Of a stretch of 64,000 nucleotides of DNA, positions 28,401 to 43,400 are shown in pieces. The first letter of the stretch is position 1; the number at the start of each line of letters is the position of its first letter. Source of the DNA: Nitrospirales bacterium (GTDB lineage: Bacteria > Nitrospirota > Nitrospiria > Nitrospirales > UBA8639); assembly GCA_965203295.1 (NCBI GenBank), contig CBDBCZ010000013.1, positions 128,001-192,000 on the forward strand, read 5' to 3'. Position numbers and translations under genes: made by a program. The notes beneath the pieces were generated by a model that was given only the letters and a program-made list of their open reading frames with translations, ran no database searches and was not told the origin of the DNA.

Positions 28401-31400
28401 GTGTAAGTAGCTACACCACCGATGATGGTGCCATTGAAAGTGACCATGCCATTGTCAATGTCAACCGGTTCACCACATGATTCTGGCACTGCAGAACAAG
28501 ATTTATTGAATTGTAACAAGACAGAAACTTTCACAATTATTGCACAGAAGATGATTAATCTGAAAATATAGGTGTACTAGTAAATGAACTAGTAACTTCA
28601 TTACACAAAGCACAACATGCCACTAAGATCGACGAATGAAATCTAAAATAGCCTGTAGTTATTCTAGGATATTTTGTATGCTCACGTCTGCAAGATGGTG
28701 GTGCTGGTTGAAATTCTGCTCTGCTCAAACTAAAGAGTGTACATATGGCGGTAGCGTTTCCAATGAGATCAAAGCCCAAATCACAGGTGTAAGTTGCCAC
28801 ATCACCAACGGAATTTCCAGTGAATGTCGCCATGCCGTTGTTAATGTTAACCGGATTATCACACAATGCTGCAGGGTAAGATTCAATACCATGATGCAGC
28901 TTAATTCCATTTGTTTGCATGAAGTGGTGAGTGTGGATATGAGCTTAAAATTTGCAAACCACAGATTCTTTACAACTGATTATGTATAAAATTATTGCAC
29001 TGATTGCCAGAACACATGCTGCAACAACAAACCAAAAAAAGGTATGGAGGTGTTTACATGTAATGTATACATTAATTCTTGTACTCACGCCTGCAAGATG
29101 GTGGTGCAGGTTGAAATTCTGCACTGTCTATATCCACCAGTGAACATGTTGACGTTCCATTTCCAATCAGTTCAAAGCCCACATTACAGGTGTAAGTAAC
29201 CCCATCACCAATGGAATTCCCGGTGAATGTCGCCATGCCGTTGTCAATGTCAACCGGATTATCACACAATGCTGTAGAGTAAGATTCAATACCATGATGC
29301 AGCCTACTTGAATTGGTTTGCATGAAGTGGTGAGTGTGTATGTAAGCTTAGAGTTTGTAAACTACTGATTCTTCCCTATTGATACATGTATGAAACTTAT
29401 TGCACTGATAGCCAGAACACGAGACAAAAACAACAACCATAAAAAGGTAGGTACTTAGGATATTTAATAATCAATGTACTCACGCCTGCAAAATGGTGGG
29501 GCAAGTTGAAATTCTGCACTCTCCATATCCACTAGTGTACATGTAGTAGTTCCATTTCCGATCAGTTCAAAGCCCACATTACAGGTGTAAGTAGCCACAT
29601 CACCAATGGAATTGCCGCTGAATGTGACCATCCCATTGCCAATGTCTAACGGATCATCACACAGTGCTGCAGAGCAAGATTCATGAGACCAATGCCATGA
29701 TACAATCTACCCGCATTTGTTTGCATGAATTTAGTGGTGAGTGTAGAATTTGTAAATCACAGATTCTTCTCTTGTGTTTATGTATTGAAAGTTATTGCAT
29801 TGATAGCCAGATAACATACAACATTAAAATGTATGTAGGGTGTTTACATTTAATGTATATATTATTCCATGTCCAAGTGGTGAGTGTGGATATAAGCTGG
29901 GAGTTTGTAAACTACAGATTCTTCCCTACTGATACATGTATGATACTTATTGCACTGACAGCCAGAACACATGACACCAAAAACAACCATGAAAAGGTAG
30001 GTAGGTGTTTACACTTTGAATATTAACTCAGTGAACTCCGTAATTATGTCACACACGTGATGCTCCACATCATAATTTCTGCAACAATGGCGTACTAAAA
30101 GTTTTAGTACAGTGTTCGGTTATTTTTATGTTTACCAATCCAGATATCCAGCAAATTCTATGTTGTTTTTGTTGGAAGACTACCAGCTACAGCCATTAAA
30201 GGCAAAAAGGGCAGCGGATTGGATCCAAGAAGGGCTTCAGGATCGATAACCTGATACATGTTCAGTTCGATACAAAAGTGTTGTCTGCATGCTCAGGAGC
30301 CAAAGAACGATGGCCCTACTGAAATTGCTGACTCTCCTTTGAACCAGTTGCCATTGTATCTGAAGTTGTCTACAGAGCCCAACTAACTGTGTAGCAATGT
30401 AGGTAACCATAGCTAGTCGATTGTATATTTTGCCGTGTGTATCCGTTCTATTACCAAATAGATCAACTTTTGGCACACTTACATCATTATTAGTAATCAC
30501 TCTACTCAATTTTATGGCTAGTAAAGGAAGAAGTTGCCCCGTATAGTGAGCTTACCGTTTTTAAATAGGGCATGTAAAGATTAACAATCAAAGTACTCAC
30601 GCCTGCAAAATGGTAGGGCGGGTTGAAATTCTGCACTGTCCATATCCACTAGTGCACATGTTGCAGTTCCATTTCCGATCAGTTCAAAGCCCACATTACA
30701 GGTGTAAGTAGCCACATCACCGACGGAACTGCCATTGAATGTCACCATCCCATTGCCAATGTCTACTGGATCGTCACACAATGCTGCAGAGCAAGATTCA
30801 TTAGGACAATGCCATGATACAATCTACCCGCATTCGTTTGCATGAAAAGGTGAGTGTGGATATGAGCTTAGAAATTGTTTGTCCATACTGATTAATATGT
30901 GTATATATAGGTTATTACCAGAAAACATGCTACCACATACTAACAAAATGATTGGTAAGCATTGATTGTAAATGTATCTACTATTCTACTCACGGCTGCA
31001 AGATGGCGGTGCAGGTTGAAATTCTGCACTGTCTATATCCACTAGAACACATATCATGGTTGTGTTTCCGATCAGTTCAAAGCCCAAATCACAGGTGTAA
31101 GTAGCCACACCACCAACGGAATTTCCAGTGAATGTCACCATGCCGTTGTCAATGTCAACTGGATTATCACACAATGCTGCAGGATAAGATTAAATGCCAT
31201 GATGCAGCCTACTTCCATTTGTTTGCATGAAGTGGTGAGTATGGATATGAACTTAGAAATTGTAAACCACAGATTCTTCACTACTGATTATGTGTAAACT
31301 TATGTATAAAATTATTGCACTGATAGCCAGAACACTTGCTTCAACAAAAAACCAAAAAAGGTATGGAGGTGTTTACATTAATCAATGTACTCACGCCTGC

Positions 31401-34400
31401 AAGATGGTGGTGCAGGTTGAAATTCTGCCCTGTCCATATCCACTTGAGTACATGTTGCAGTTCCATTTCCGATCAGTTCAAAGCCCACATTACAGGTGTA
31501 AGTAGCCACATCACCGATGGAATTGCCATTGAATGTCACCATCCCATTGCCAATGTCTACCGGATTATCACACAAAGCTGCAGGGCAAGATTCAATGCCA
31601 TGATGCAGCCTACTTGTATTTGTTTGTATAAAGTGATGAGTATGGATATAAGCTTGGAGTTTGTAAACTACAGATTCTTCCCTACTGATACATGTACGAA
31701 ACTTATTGCACCAACAGCCAGAACACATGCTACAATAATCATCCTAAAAAAAGTAGGTAGGTGTTTAAACTTAATATATTGAATAATTGGATGCATAGAA
31801 GTTATTGATGATAGCCAGAACATATGCTACAGCAAATTACCAAACAATGCTTATAAGTGTGTAAATTTAATTAATTTATGTACTCACGCCTGCAAGCTGG
31901 TGGTGCAGGTTGAAATTCTGCACTGTCCATATCCACCAGTGCACATGTTGCAGTTGTATTTCCGATTAGTTCAAAGCCCACATTACAGGTGTAAGTAGCC
32001 ACATCACCGACGGAATTTCCGGTGAATGTCGCCATCCTATTATCAATGTCTACCGGATCATTACACAATGCTGCAGGGTAAGATTCATGGGATCAATGGG
32101 ATCAATGCCATGATACAGCCTATAAGTTTTTGTTTGCATGAAGTGGTGAGTATGGATATGAACTTAGAAATTGTAAACCACAGATTCTTCACTACTGATT
32201 ATGTGTAAACTTATGTATAAAATTATTGCACTGATAGCCAGAACACTTGCTTCGACAAAAAACTCACGCCTGCAAGATGGTGGGGCAGGTTGAAATTCTG
32301 CACTGTCCATATCCACTAGTGTACATGTTGCAGTTTCAATTCCGATCAGTTCAAAGCCCACATTACAGGTGTAAGTAACCACATCACCGATGGAATTTCT
32401 GGTGAATGTCGCCATCCCATTGTCAATGTCAACAGGATTATCACACAATGCTGCAGGGTAAGATTCATATGCTATGATACTATCTACAAGCATTTGTTTG
32501 TATGAAGTAGTGAACGCGGAAATGAGCTTTGAATTTGTAAACCACAGATTCTTCCTTATACTGATACATGATTTTATGATACTTAATGCAATAACATCCA
32601 GAACACATGCTACAACAAACAACCTGAAAAAGGTAGGTAGGTGTTCACACTCAATATATTGCATAATTAAATGTACTCACGCCTGCAAAATGGTGGTACA
32701 GGTTGAAATTCTGCAATGTCCATATCCACTATTGCACATGTTGCAGTTCCATTTCCAATCAGTTCAAAGCCAACATTACAGGTGTATTGAACCACATCAC
32801 CAATGGAATTTCCGTTGAATGTCACCATCCCGTTGTCAATGTTAACCGGATCATCACACAAAGCTGCAGAGAAAGATTCATGAGAAAAATTAATCTACAA
32901 ACATTTTTTTGCATGAAGTGGTGAGTATAGATATGAGCTTAGAATTTAACCACAGATATGTCCATACTGAATCTATGTGTAAAAGCTACTGCAGTGATAG
33001 CCAGAACGCATGCTACCACATACAAACAAACTGACTAGTAAGCATTTACTCTTAATGCATTTACTATTCCATACACTCACGTATGCAGGATGGTGGTGCA
33101 GGTTGAAATTCTGCTCTGTCTGTATCCACTAGAGTACATGTCGTGGTTGCATTTCCGATTAGTTCAAAGCCCAAATCGCAAGTGTAAGTAGCCACACCAC
33201 CGATGACAGTGCCATTGAAAGTGACCATGCCATTGTCAATGTCAACCGGTTCACCACATGATTCTGGCACTGCAGAACAAGATTCATTGAATTGTAACTA
33301 GACAGAAGCTTTCACAATTATTGCGCAGGAGATGATTAATCTATAAATGATGTATATGGGCTAGTAAATGGACTAGTGACTCCATGATACCAAGCACAAC
33401 ATTCTACTAAGATTGACGAATGAAATCTAAAATGGCCTGTAGTTATTCTAGGATATTTTGTATGCTCACGTCTGCAAAATGGTGGTGCTGGTTGAAATTC
33501 TGCTCTGCTCAAATTCAATAGTGTACATATCGTGGTTGCGTTTCCGATCAGCTCAAAGCCCAAATCACAAGTGTAAGTAGCCACATCACCAACGGAATTT
33601 CCAGTGAATGTCGCCATGCCGTTGTCAATGTCAACTGGATTATCACACAATGCTGCAGAGTAAGATTCAATACCATGATGCAGCCTACTTGCATTTGTTT
33701 GCATGAAGTGGTGAGTGCGGATATCAGCTTAGAATTTGTAAACCATAGATTCTTCCTTACTGATATATGTATGAAACCTATTGCACTGATAGCAAGAGCA
33801 CATGCTACAACAAGCAATTGAAGTAGCTGTTTACGCTAAATATACCAAGTACTCACGCCTGCAAGCTGGTGGTGCAGGTTGAAATTCTGCACTGTCCATA
33901 TCCACCAGTGCACATGTTGCAGTTCCATTGCCGATCAGCTCAAAGCCCAAATCACAAGTGTAAGTAGCCACATCACCAATGGAATTACCAGTGAATGTCA
34001 CCATGCCGTTGTCAATGTTAGCTGGATCATCACACTGAGCTGTAGAGGAAGATTCATATGAATAATGCTGCCTACCTGTGATTGTATGCAGGAGCTGTTT
34101 GGTCTGGAAATATATAGTAGTATAGCAGAAATTCATCCCATTCACACACTCACATAATATACATACTATTTATAGCATGTTGTGTGGGAGTAGAAGGGAC
34201 TGACAGTGTAATGTTTTTCATACTGAGTAGCCTCCTGTGCAATATATATTTAATATACATTACCATGGCAACCATTTTTTCCCTTGCAGGGATCATTGCT
34301 ATACCGATGTATATTAAATGTCAGTTTGGTTGTCCTCAGCTTCGCCTCAAACTTCGACACTTTGCATGTGGCACTTTTATTACGGAATTTAAATTACATG

Positions 34401-37400
34401 TTCGATTGACAGTATAATAGGATGCTAGAAACTAATATTATGTATGCTTTATTGTACCTGGTAAAGCTTATAGTACTTCAATCACATGTGCTGTAGTTTC
34501 AGAAAGCTTTATAAAGCCTTCTAGAGCGGTAAAAGGCTTGCTACAGTAGGGGGTTGATACTTTAAGGTTACAGGATACTGGCCCACTTTGATTTAAAAAG
34601 TAGTGAATGAACAATGAATGTCTTTGCAACTATAGACCCCATAGCCAAGATCTTTTCAGCATTCATTCACGGCTACTACTACTACGTAGCAGTGTACTCA
34701 ATACAGAAAACTTGTCTGTGAGCCCCTCCCTTGTTTAGGTAGCGCTAATGGAAGTTTCAGCTGCTCACTATAATTTTTCTTGCCATAAATCGCTGAAGCC
34801 ACTGCTGTTGCTAGGCCACTACAGCTCTCTAAGAATTCCTCCCTATATTCACGAGGGACAGACGAAGGCTGTTTACCTGATTTGATTCACTAAAAGCTTC
34901 AGCATTATTTTTAGAAGACATGAAGATCACAAGCTCTATGTCTCTATCTCAAGAACATGCAATGTGTGAACATCGGGCTTGCATTGCTGTACTGCTAAGT
35001 ACTACACTTTTTACCAGCCGGAGCGCACACAGCGCACGAAAGGCTGGTCCTAAGATTGTTTTCGTTTTCCGCGTTTGTCTGTTTGTGCGTTCGCACTTAT
35101 CACGTGCGCAATATGTTACGACATACGTTACTATGCAACTGCAGTCTATAGCAGCTTTGGAGGTTTGCAGGCCAAGCTACAGCAAACGAAGGTAGTTGTG
35201 AGTTGCATAGATGGCGAAAACTTGGTAGGCAGCCATAAAGATCCCGTTTTTGTGGCATAAAGCTACTAACTAGAAGCGCACGACAAAACAGCTGAGTCAG
35301 CACTTTCGCTGTACTGCATTGTCTCCACAGGATGCCTATGATTTGTAGGTCTGGGAACGTGACTATACTGTAGTAGTTTTACAGCTGCAGTTAGCTTAGC
35401 CTAAACTGAGTTGTGTGCAACTTATTGTAATGTACGGGAAAGGTGCCTGGCTGTTTTTTTAGACATGAAATGTCAGACTTGTTAACATTATCCTGAGTCC
35501 TAATGTTGGAGAGAATTATGGGGTTTGTACACTCAAAATTACAAATTACACTGTCCGATTATAAAAAGGGTGACACGGCTCTACATTCAGCAGCACCCCC
35601 CAATGCTCAAAGCAGCTATGATTGTGAAAGGTTGGCGTGCAGCAGCAAGGTAGTGGGGCTTTCAAATAATGAAGGAAGTTCAACGAAAGTTGGTTATTGG
35701 TTGAAACGTAAAAAGTAAGCCTACAATACATTGTAACGGAATCCTACCATGCATAGAGGTATTCTCATTTCAGGCATAAGTTCATATTGAATTGAGAAAG
35801 TATATTTGGGACATAGCAAAGTGTGGAGGTGTCCTTATACTTCAGTTGTGTCCCTTAAGGTGGTGTCCCACCCAAAGATTTTTGGGATGTTCATTTAAAA
35901 CCATAGGGGTATGAAGCTAAAAATACAATACATTTGTTCAATCATAGCGTCCTCATGTCTGAGTTTTAGCTTCTGGAAGGCTATAGCTTCAAAACCAAGT
36001 AATGGAGGAACACTAACTCAAAGTGCAAAGACTCTGTACTATCAATTGAAGGCCCATCCATGTTTGGTAATTTATGCACTCGGCGTTAGCGCATTCGAAT
36101 ATACCTGGTGTTTAATAATCAGTTACTTACTCTACTTTCATCAATGATGGAGCTGGCATACACTAGCTTACGTTTGACAAAGCTTGTAACAAAAGCACAG
36201 ATGCTTCACAATCACCAACGTTATTTAATTCAAGTATTTTATCAGCGAGTTTGGTAGTTGAAACCTCAGAGATTCAATCCTTACACTAAGTGTATGCACA
36301 TAAATGCACCAACTACTATAAATAGTACATGCCGCAAAATAGCATGTGTTCATTCAAGTGAGTTTATAGTTTTTAGTGTAACTCACGCCTGCAAGATGGT
36401 GGTGCTGGTTGGAACTCAGCACTGTCCATGTCCACTAGAGTACATGTTGTCACAGCACTTCCTATCAGCTCAAACCCCGAATTACAGGTGTAAGCAGCCA
36501 CGTCACCAACAGAGTTGCCATTGAATGTTACCACGCCATTGTCAATGTCAACCGGATCCTGACACAGTGCTGCAGAGAAATATTCACGCGCCTACACACT
36601 TGCATTTATGTGCAGTAGCTGATTGGTCTAGGAATGTGTTTAGCACTACTGAACATCACATCTCTCACCAAATACATTGGTGACTGTTACAAAGCCCACA
36701 CTACTTTGTTTGACACATGCAACGGAAAATAGTATGTAGCCATTATAGGGAGTATTCATTATTCATTGAACTTACGTCTGCAAGTTGGTGGTACTGGTTG
36801 AAATTGGGCACTGTTCATATCCACTAGGGTACATGTTGAGGTTGCATTTCCTATCAGCTCAAACCCCGAATTACAGGTGTAAACAGCCATGTCACCAACA
36901 GAGTTGCCATTGAATGTCACCATGCCATTTTCGATGTCAGGCGGCTCCTGACACAGTGCTGCAGGGTAAAATTCACGTGAATCACGCTTAGAATGAACCT
37001 ACGTACCTGCATTTATGTGCAGGAGCTGATTGGTCTAAGAACGTGCTTAACACTACTGAACATCACATCTTTTACCAAATACATTGGTGACTGTTTAAAC
37101 ATAGCACATACTACTATGTTTGACACATGAAACAATAAATAATACGTAGGCACTTATTAAGGGAGTATTTATTATTCACTGAACTCACGTCTGCAAGTTG
37201 GTGGTACTGGTTGAAATTGGGCACTGTCCATATCCACTAGTATACATGTCGCGGTTGAATCTCCGATTAGTTCAAAACCTGAATCACACGTATAAGTAGC
37301 TACGTCACCAACGGAGATTCCATTGAATGACACCGTGCCATTGTCAATGTTAACTGGGTTTTCACATAGTGCTGTAGAGTAAGATTCATGTGAATAATGA

Positions 37401-40400
37401 CAAGATGGTACATACCATGCAATAGTGTGCAGGAGCTGTTGAGTCTGGGAGCGAGATTAGTAGTTGAATCTTCAGAGACTCAACCCTTACACATAATTGT
37501 ATGTACATAAATGCACTAATGACTCTTTAGTACAAAACCTATTCTACTTCAATTAGAACATGCCGCAAAAGTAGCCTGTGTCAATTCTAGTGAGTCTATA
37601 GTTTTTCACTAAACTCACGTCTGCAAGTTGGTGGTACTGGTTGAAATAGGGCACTGTCCATATTCATTAGTGTACATGTTGTCGTTGCATTTCCTATCAG
37701 CTCAAACCCCGAATTACAGGTGTAAGCTGCCATATCACCAACAGAGTTGCCATTGAATGTTACCATGCCATTGTCAATGTCAACCGGATCCTGACACAGT
37801 GCTGCAGCGAAATATTCATGTGAAACAAACTTAGAATGAACCTATGTACCTGTAGAAACCATAGATAGTAGTCTACTATCTATGCAGAAACTGTTTGGTA
37901 TGGGAACAAGCTTAGTACTTCTAAAAATAAAATGTCACATCTCATACAAAACACAAATGCATTAATGATTGTTTAATACAAAGCTCATTTTACTATGTTT
38001 GACACATGCAACTTGAAATAGTATGTAATCATGTTAGGGAGTATTTATTATTCACTGAACTCACGTCTGCAAGTTGGCGGTACTGGTTGAAATTTGGCAC
38101 TGTTTATATCCACTAGGGTACATGTTGAGGTTGCATTTCCTATCAGCTCAAACCCCGAATTACAGGTGTAAGCAGCCATGTCACCAACAGAGTTGCCATT
38201 GAATGTCACCATGCCATTTTCAATGTCAACCGGATCCTGACACAGTGCTGCAGGGTACAATTCATGTGAATCACGCTTAGAATGAATCTACGTACCTGCG
38301 TTTATGTGAAGGAGCTTATTGGGCTGGGAGTGATCTTAGCACTTCTAAACGTAAAATCCCTTACCAAACACGAAAGCATTGGTGAGTGTTTAATACATAG
38401 CACATACCACTGTTTGACACATGCAATAGTAAATAGTATGTAGTCACTTAAGGGAGTATTTATTATTCACTGAACTCACGTCTGCAAGTTGGTGGTACTG
38501 GTTGAAATTGAGCACTGTCAATATCCACTAGTGTACATGTCGTGGTTGAATCTCCAAATAGTTCAAAGCCTGAATCACAGGTATAAGTAGCTATGTCACC
38601 AACGGAGATGCCATTGAATGTCACCGTGCCATTGTCGATGTTAACTGGATTTTCACATAGTGCTGCGGAGCAAGATTCATGCGAATAATGACAAGATGGA
38701 ACCTACTGGCTATAGTGTGCATGAGCTGTTTAGTCTGGGAGCGAGTCTAGTAGTCGAAGCCTCAGAGATTCAACCCTTGCACATAAATGCATGTACATAA
38801 ATGCACTAATGACTCTTTTGTACAAAACCTATTCTACTACAATTAGAACATGCCACGAAAGTAGAATTTAAGTGAGTTTATAGTTATTTAGTGAACTCAC
38901 GCCTGCAAGATGGTGGTGCTGGCTGAAACTCGGCACTGTCCATATCAACTAGAGTACATGTTGCAGTTGCATTTTCTATCAGCTCAAACCCCGAATTACA
39001 GGTGTAAGCAGCCATGTCACCAACAGAGTTGCCATTGAATGTCACCATGCCATTGTCAATGTCAACCGGATCCTGACACAGTGCTGCAGAGCAGTATTCA
39101 TGCGAATCACGCTTAGAATGAACCTATACACCTGCCTCTATGTGTAGGAGCTGATTTTCTAAATGTCACATCTACTAAATACAAATGTATTGTTGACTGA
39201 TTAGTACAAAGCCCATACTACTATGTTTGATACATGCAACAGGAAAAAAAATGTAGTCATTTTAGGGAGTATTTATTATTTACAGAACTTACGTCTGCAA
39301 GTTGGTGGTACTGGTTGAAATTGGGCACTGTTCATATCCACTAGTGTACATGTTGCAGTTGCGTTTCCTATCAGCTCAAACCCCGAATTACAGGTGTAAG
39401 TAGCCATGTCACCAACAGAGTTGCCATTGAATGTCACCATGCCATTGTCAATGTCAACAGGATCTTGACACAGTACTGCAGAGAAATACTCTTGTGAATC
39501 AAGCTTGGAATGAACCTACACACTTGCATTTATGTGTAGGAGCTGATTGGTCTGGGAACATGCTTACATCTTCTAAATGTCATATCTACCAAAATTCGAA
39601 TGCATTGGTGACTGTTTAGTACAAAACCCATACTACTATGTTTGACACATGCAACAGGAAATAGTATTGAGTCATTTTAGGGAGTATTTATTATTCACTG
39701 AACTCACATCTGCAAATTGGTGGTACTGGTTGAAATTGGGCACTGTTCATATCCACTAGGGTACATGTTGAGGTTGCATTTCCCATCAGCTCAAACCCCG
39801 AATTACAGGTGTAAGCAGCCATGTCACCAACAGAGTTGCCATTGAATGTCACCATGCCATTGTCAATGTCAGCCGGATCCTGACACAGTGCTGCAGGGTA
39901 CAATTCATGTGAATCATGCTTAGAATGAATCTACGTACCTGCGTTTATGTGCGGGAGCTGATTGGTCTAGGAACATGCTTAGCACTACTGAATGTCACAT
40001 CTCACTCCAAAATGCATTGGTGACTGTTTAATACAAAACCCTCACTACTTTGTTTGACACATGCAACAGGAAATAGCATGTAGTCATTTTAAGGAGTATT
40101 TATTATTCACTGAACTCACGCCTGCAAGTTGGTGGCACTGGTTGAAATTGGGCACTGTTCATATCCACTAGTGTACATGTTGCAGTTGCGTTTCCTATCA
40201 GCTCAAACCCCGAATTACAGGTGTAAGTAGCCATGTCCCCAACAGAGTTGCCATTGAATGTCACCATGCCGTTGTCAATGTCAACCGGATCCTGACACAG
40301 TGCTGCAGAGCAGTATTCATGCGAATCACACTTAGAATGAACCTACACACCTGCATTTATGTGTAGGAGCTGATCTTCTAAATGTCACATCTACTAAATA

Positions 40401-43400
40401 CAAATGTATTATTGACAGATTAGTACGAAGCCCATACTACTATGTTTGACACATGCAACAGGAAAAAGAATGTAGTCATTTTAGGGAGTATTTATTATTT
40501 ACAGAACTCACGTCTGCAAGTTGGTGGTACTGGTTGAAATTGGGCACTGTTCATATCCACTAGTGTACATGTTGCAGTTGCGTTTCCTATCAGCTCAAAC
40601 CCCGAATTACAGGTGTAAGTAGCCATGTCACCAACAGAGTTGCCATTGAATGTCACCATGCCATTGTCAATGTCAACAGGATCTTGACACAGTACTGCAG
40701 AGAAATACTCTTGTGAATCAAGCTTGGAATGAACCTACACACTTGCATTATGTGTAGGAGCTGATTGGTCTGGGAACATGCTTACATCTTCTAAATGTCA
40801 TATCTACCAAAATCCGAATGCATTGGTGACTGTTTAGTACAAAACCCATACTACTATGTTTGACACAAGCAACAGGAAATAGTATTGAGTCATTTTAGGG
40901 AGTATTTATTATTCACTGAACTCACATCTGCAAATTGGTGGTACTGGTTGAAATTGGGCACTGTTCATATCCACTAGGGTACATGTTGAGGTTGCATTTC
41001 CCATCAGCTCAAACCCCGAATTACAGGTGTAAGCTGCCATGTCACCAACAGAGTTGCCATTGAATGTCACCATGCCATTGTCAATGTCAGCCGGATCCTG
41101 ACACAGTGCTGCAGAGAAATACTTTTGTGAATATAGTTTAGAATAAACCTACGTACTGCGTTTATGTGCAGGAGGTGATTGGTCTGGGAACATGCTGAGC
41201 ACTTCTAAATTTCACCTCTATTACCGAATACGAATGCATCGGTGACTGTTTAATTAATACAAATCCCATACTACTATGTTTGACACATGCAACAGGAAAA
41301 AGAATGTAGTCATTTTAAGGAGTATTTATTATTCACTGAACTCACGCCTGCAAGTTGGTGGCACTGGTTGAAATTGGGCACTGTTCATATCCACAAGGGT
41401 ACATGTTGAGGTTGCATTTCCTATCAGCTCAAACCCCGGATTACAGGTGTAAGCAGCCATGTCCCCAACAGAGTTGCCATTGAATGTCACCATGCCGTTG
41501 TCAATGTCAACCGGATCCTGACACAGTGCTGCAGAGCAGTATTCATGCGAATCACGCTTAGAATGAACCTACACACCTGCATTTATGTGTAGGAGCTGTT
41601 CTTCTAAATGTCACATCTACTAAATACAAATGTATTGTTGACAGATTAGTACAAAGCCCATACTACTATGTTTGACACATGCAACAGGAAAAAGAATGTA
41701 GTCATTTTAGGGAGTATTTATTATTTACAGAACTCACGTCTGCAAGTTGGTGGTACTGGTTGAAATTGGGCACTGTTCATATCCACTAGTGTACATGTTG
41801 CAGTTGCGTTTCCTATCAGCTCAAACCCCGAATTACAGGTGTAAGTAGCCATGTCACCAACAGAGTTGCTATTGAATGTCACCATGCCATTGTCAATGTC
41901 AACAGGATCTTGACACAGTACTGCAGAGAAATACTCCTGTGAATTAAGCTTGGAATGAACCTGAACACTTGCATTTATGTGTAGGAGCTGATTGGTTTGG
42001 GAACATGCTTAGATCTTCTAAATGTCACATCTACCAAAATCCGAATGCATTGGTGACTGTTTAGTACAAAACCCATACTACTATGTTTGACACATGCAAC
42101 AGGAAATAGTATGTAGTCATTTTAGGGAGTATTTATTATTCGCTGAACTCACGTCTGCAAGTTGGTGGTACTGGTTGAAATTGGGCACTGTCCATATCCA
42201 CTAGGGTACATGTTGAGGTTGCATTTCCTATTAGCTCAAACCCCGAATTACAGGTGTAAGTAGCCATGTCACCAACAGAGTTGCCATTGAATGTCACCAT
42301 GCCATTGTCAATGTCAACCGGATCCTGACACAGTGCTGCAGAGCAATATTAAAGCTTAGAATGAACCTTCATACCTGCATTTATGTGTAGGGGCTGATTG
42401 GTCTGGGAACATGCTTAGCACTTCTGAATGCCACATCTTTCACCAAATGCATTGGTGATGTTTTGTACAAAGCACATACAATTATGTTTGTCACATGCGA
42501 CAGAAAATAGTATACTTATAGTCATTTTAGGGAGCATTTATTATTCACTAAACTCACGTCTGCAAGATGGTGGTACTGGTTGAAATTGGGCACTGTCCAT
42601 ATCCACTAGTGTACATGTTGTGGTTGCATTTCCTATCAGCTCAAACCCCGAATTACAGGTGTAAGCTGTCATGTCACCAACAGAGTTGCCATTAAATGTC
42701 ACCATGCCATTGTCAATGTCAACCGGATCTTGACACAGAGCTGCAGAGAAATACTTTTGTGAATATAGTTTAGAATAAACCTATAAACCTGCGTTTATGT
42801 GCAGAAGGTGATTGGTCTGGGAACATGCTGAGCACTTCTAAATGTCACCTCTATTACCGAATACGAATGCATCGGTGACTGTTTAATTAATACAAATCCC
42901 ATACTACTATGTTTGACACAAGCAACAGGAAAAAGAATGCAGTCATTTTAAGGAGTATTTATTATTCACTGAACTCACGCCTGCAAGTTGGTGGCACTGG
43001 TTGAAATTGGACACTGTTCATATCCACAAGGGTACATGTTGAGGTTGCATTTCCTATCAGCTCAAACCCCGAATTACAGGTGTAAGCAGCCATGTCACCA
43101 ACAGAGTTGCCATTGAATGTCACCATGCCATTGTCAATGTCAACGGGATCTTGACACAATACTGCAGAGAAATACTCTTGTGAATTAAGCTTGGAATGAA
43201 CCTACACACTTGCATTTATGTGTAGGAGCTGATTGGTTTGGGAACATGCTTAGATCTTCTAAATGTCACATCTACCAAAAACTGAATGCATTGGTGACTG
43301 TTACAAAACCCATACTACTATGTTTGACACATGTAACAGGAAATAGCATGTAGCTATTTTCGGGAGTATTTGTAATTTACTGAACTCACGTCTGCAAGTT

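Noticed and set aside
11195..39619. Plus-strand ORFs such as MKFCTVHIHQCTCC...
   Set aside because: Antisense shadows of the sushi exons with no independent support.
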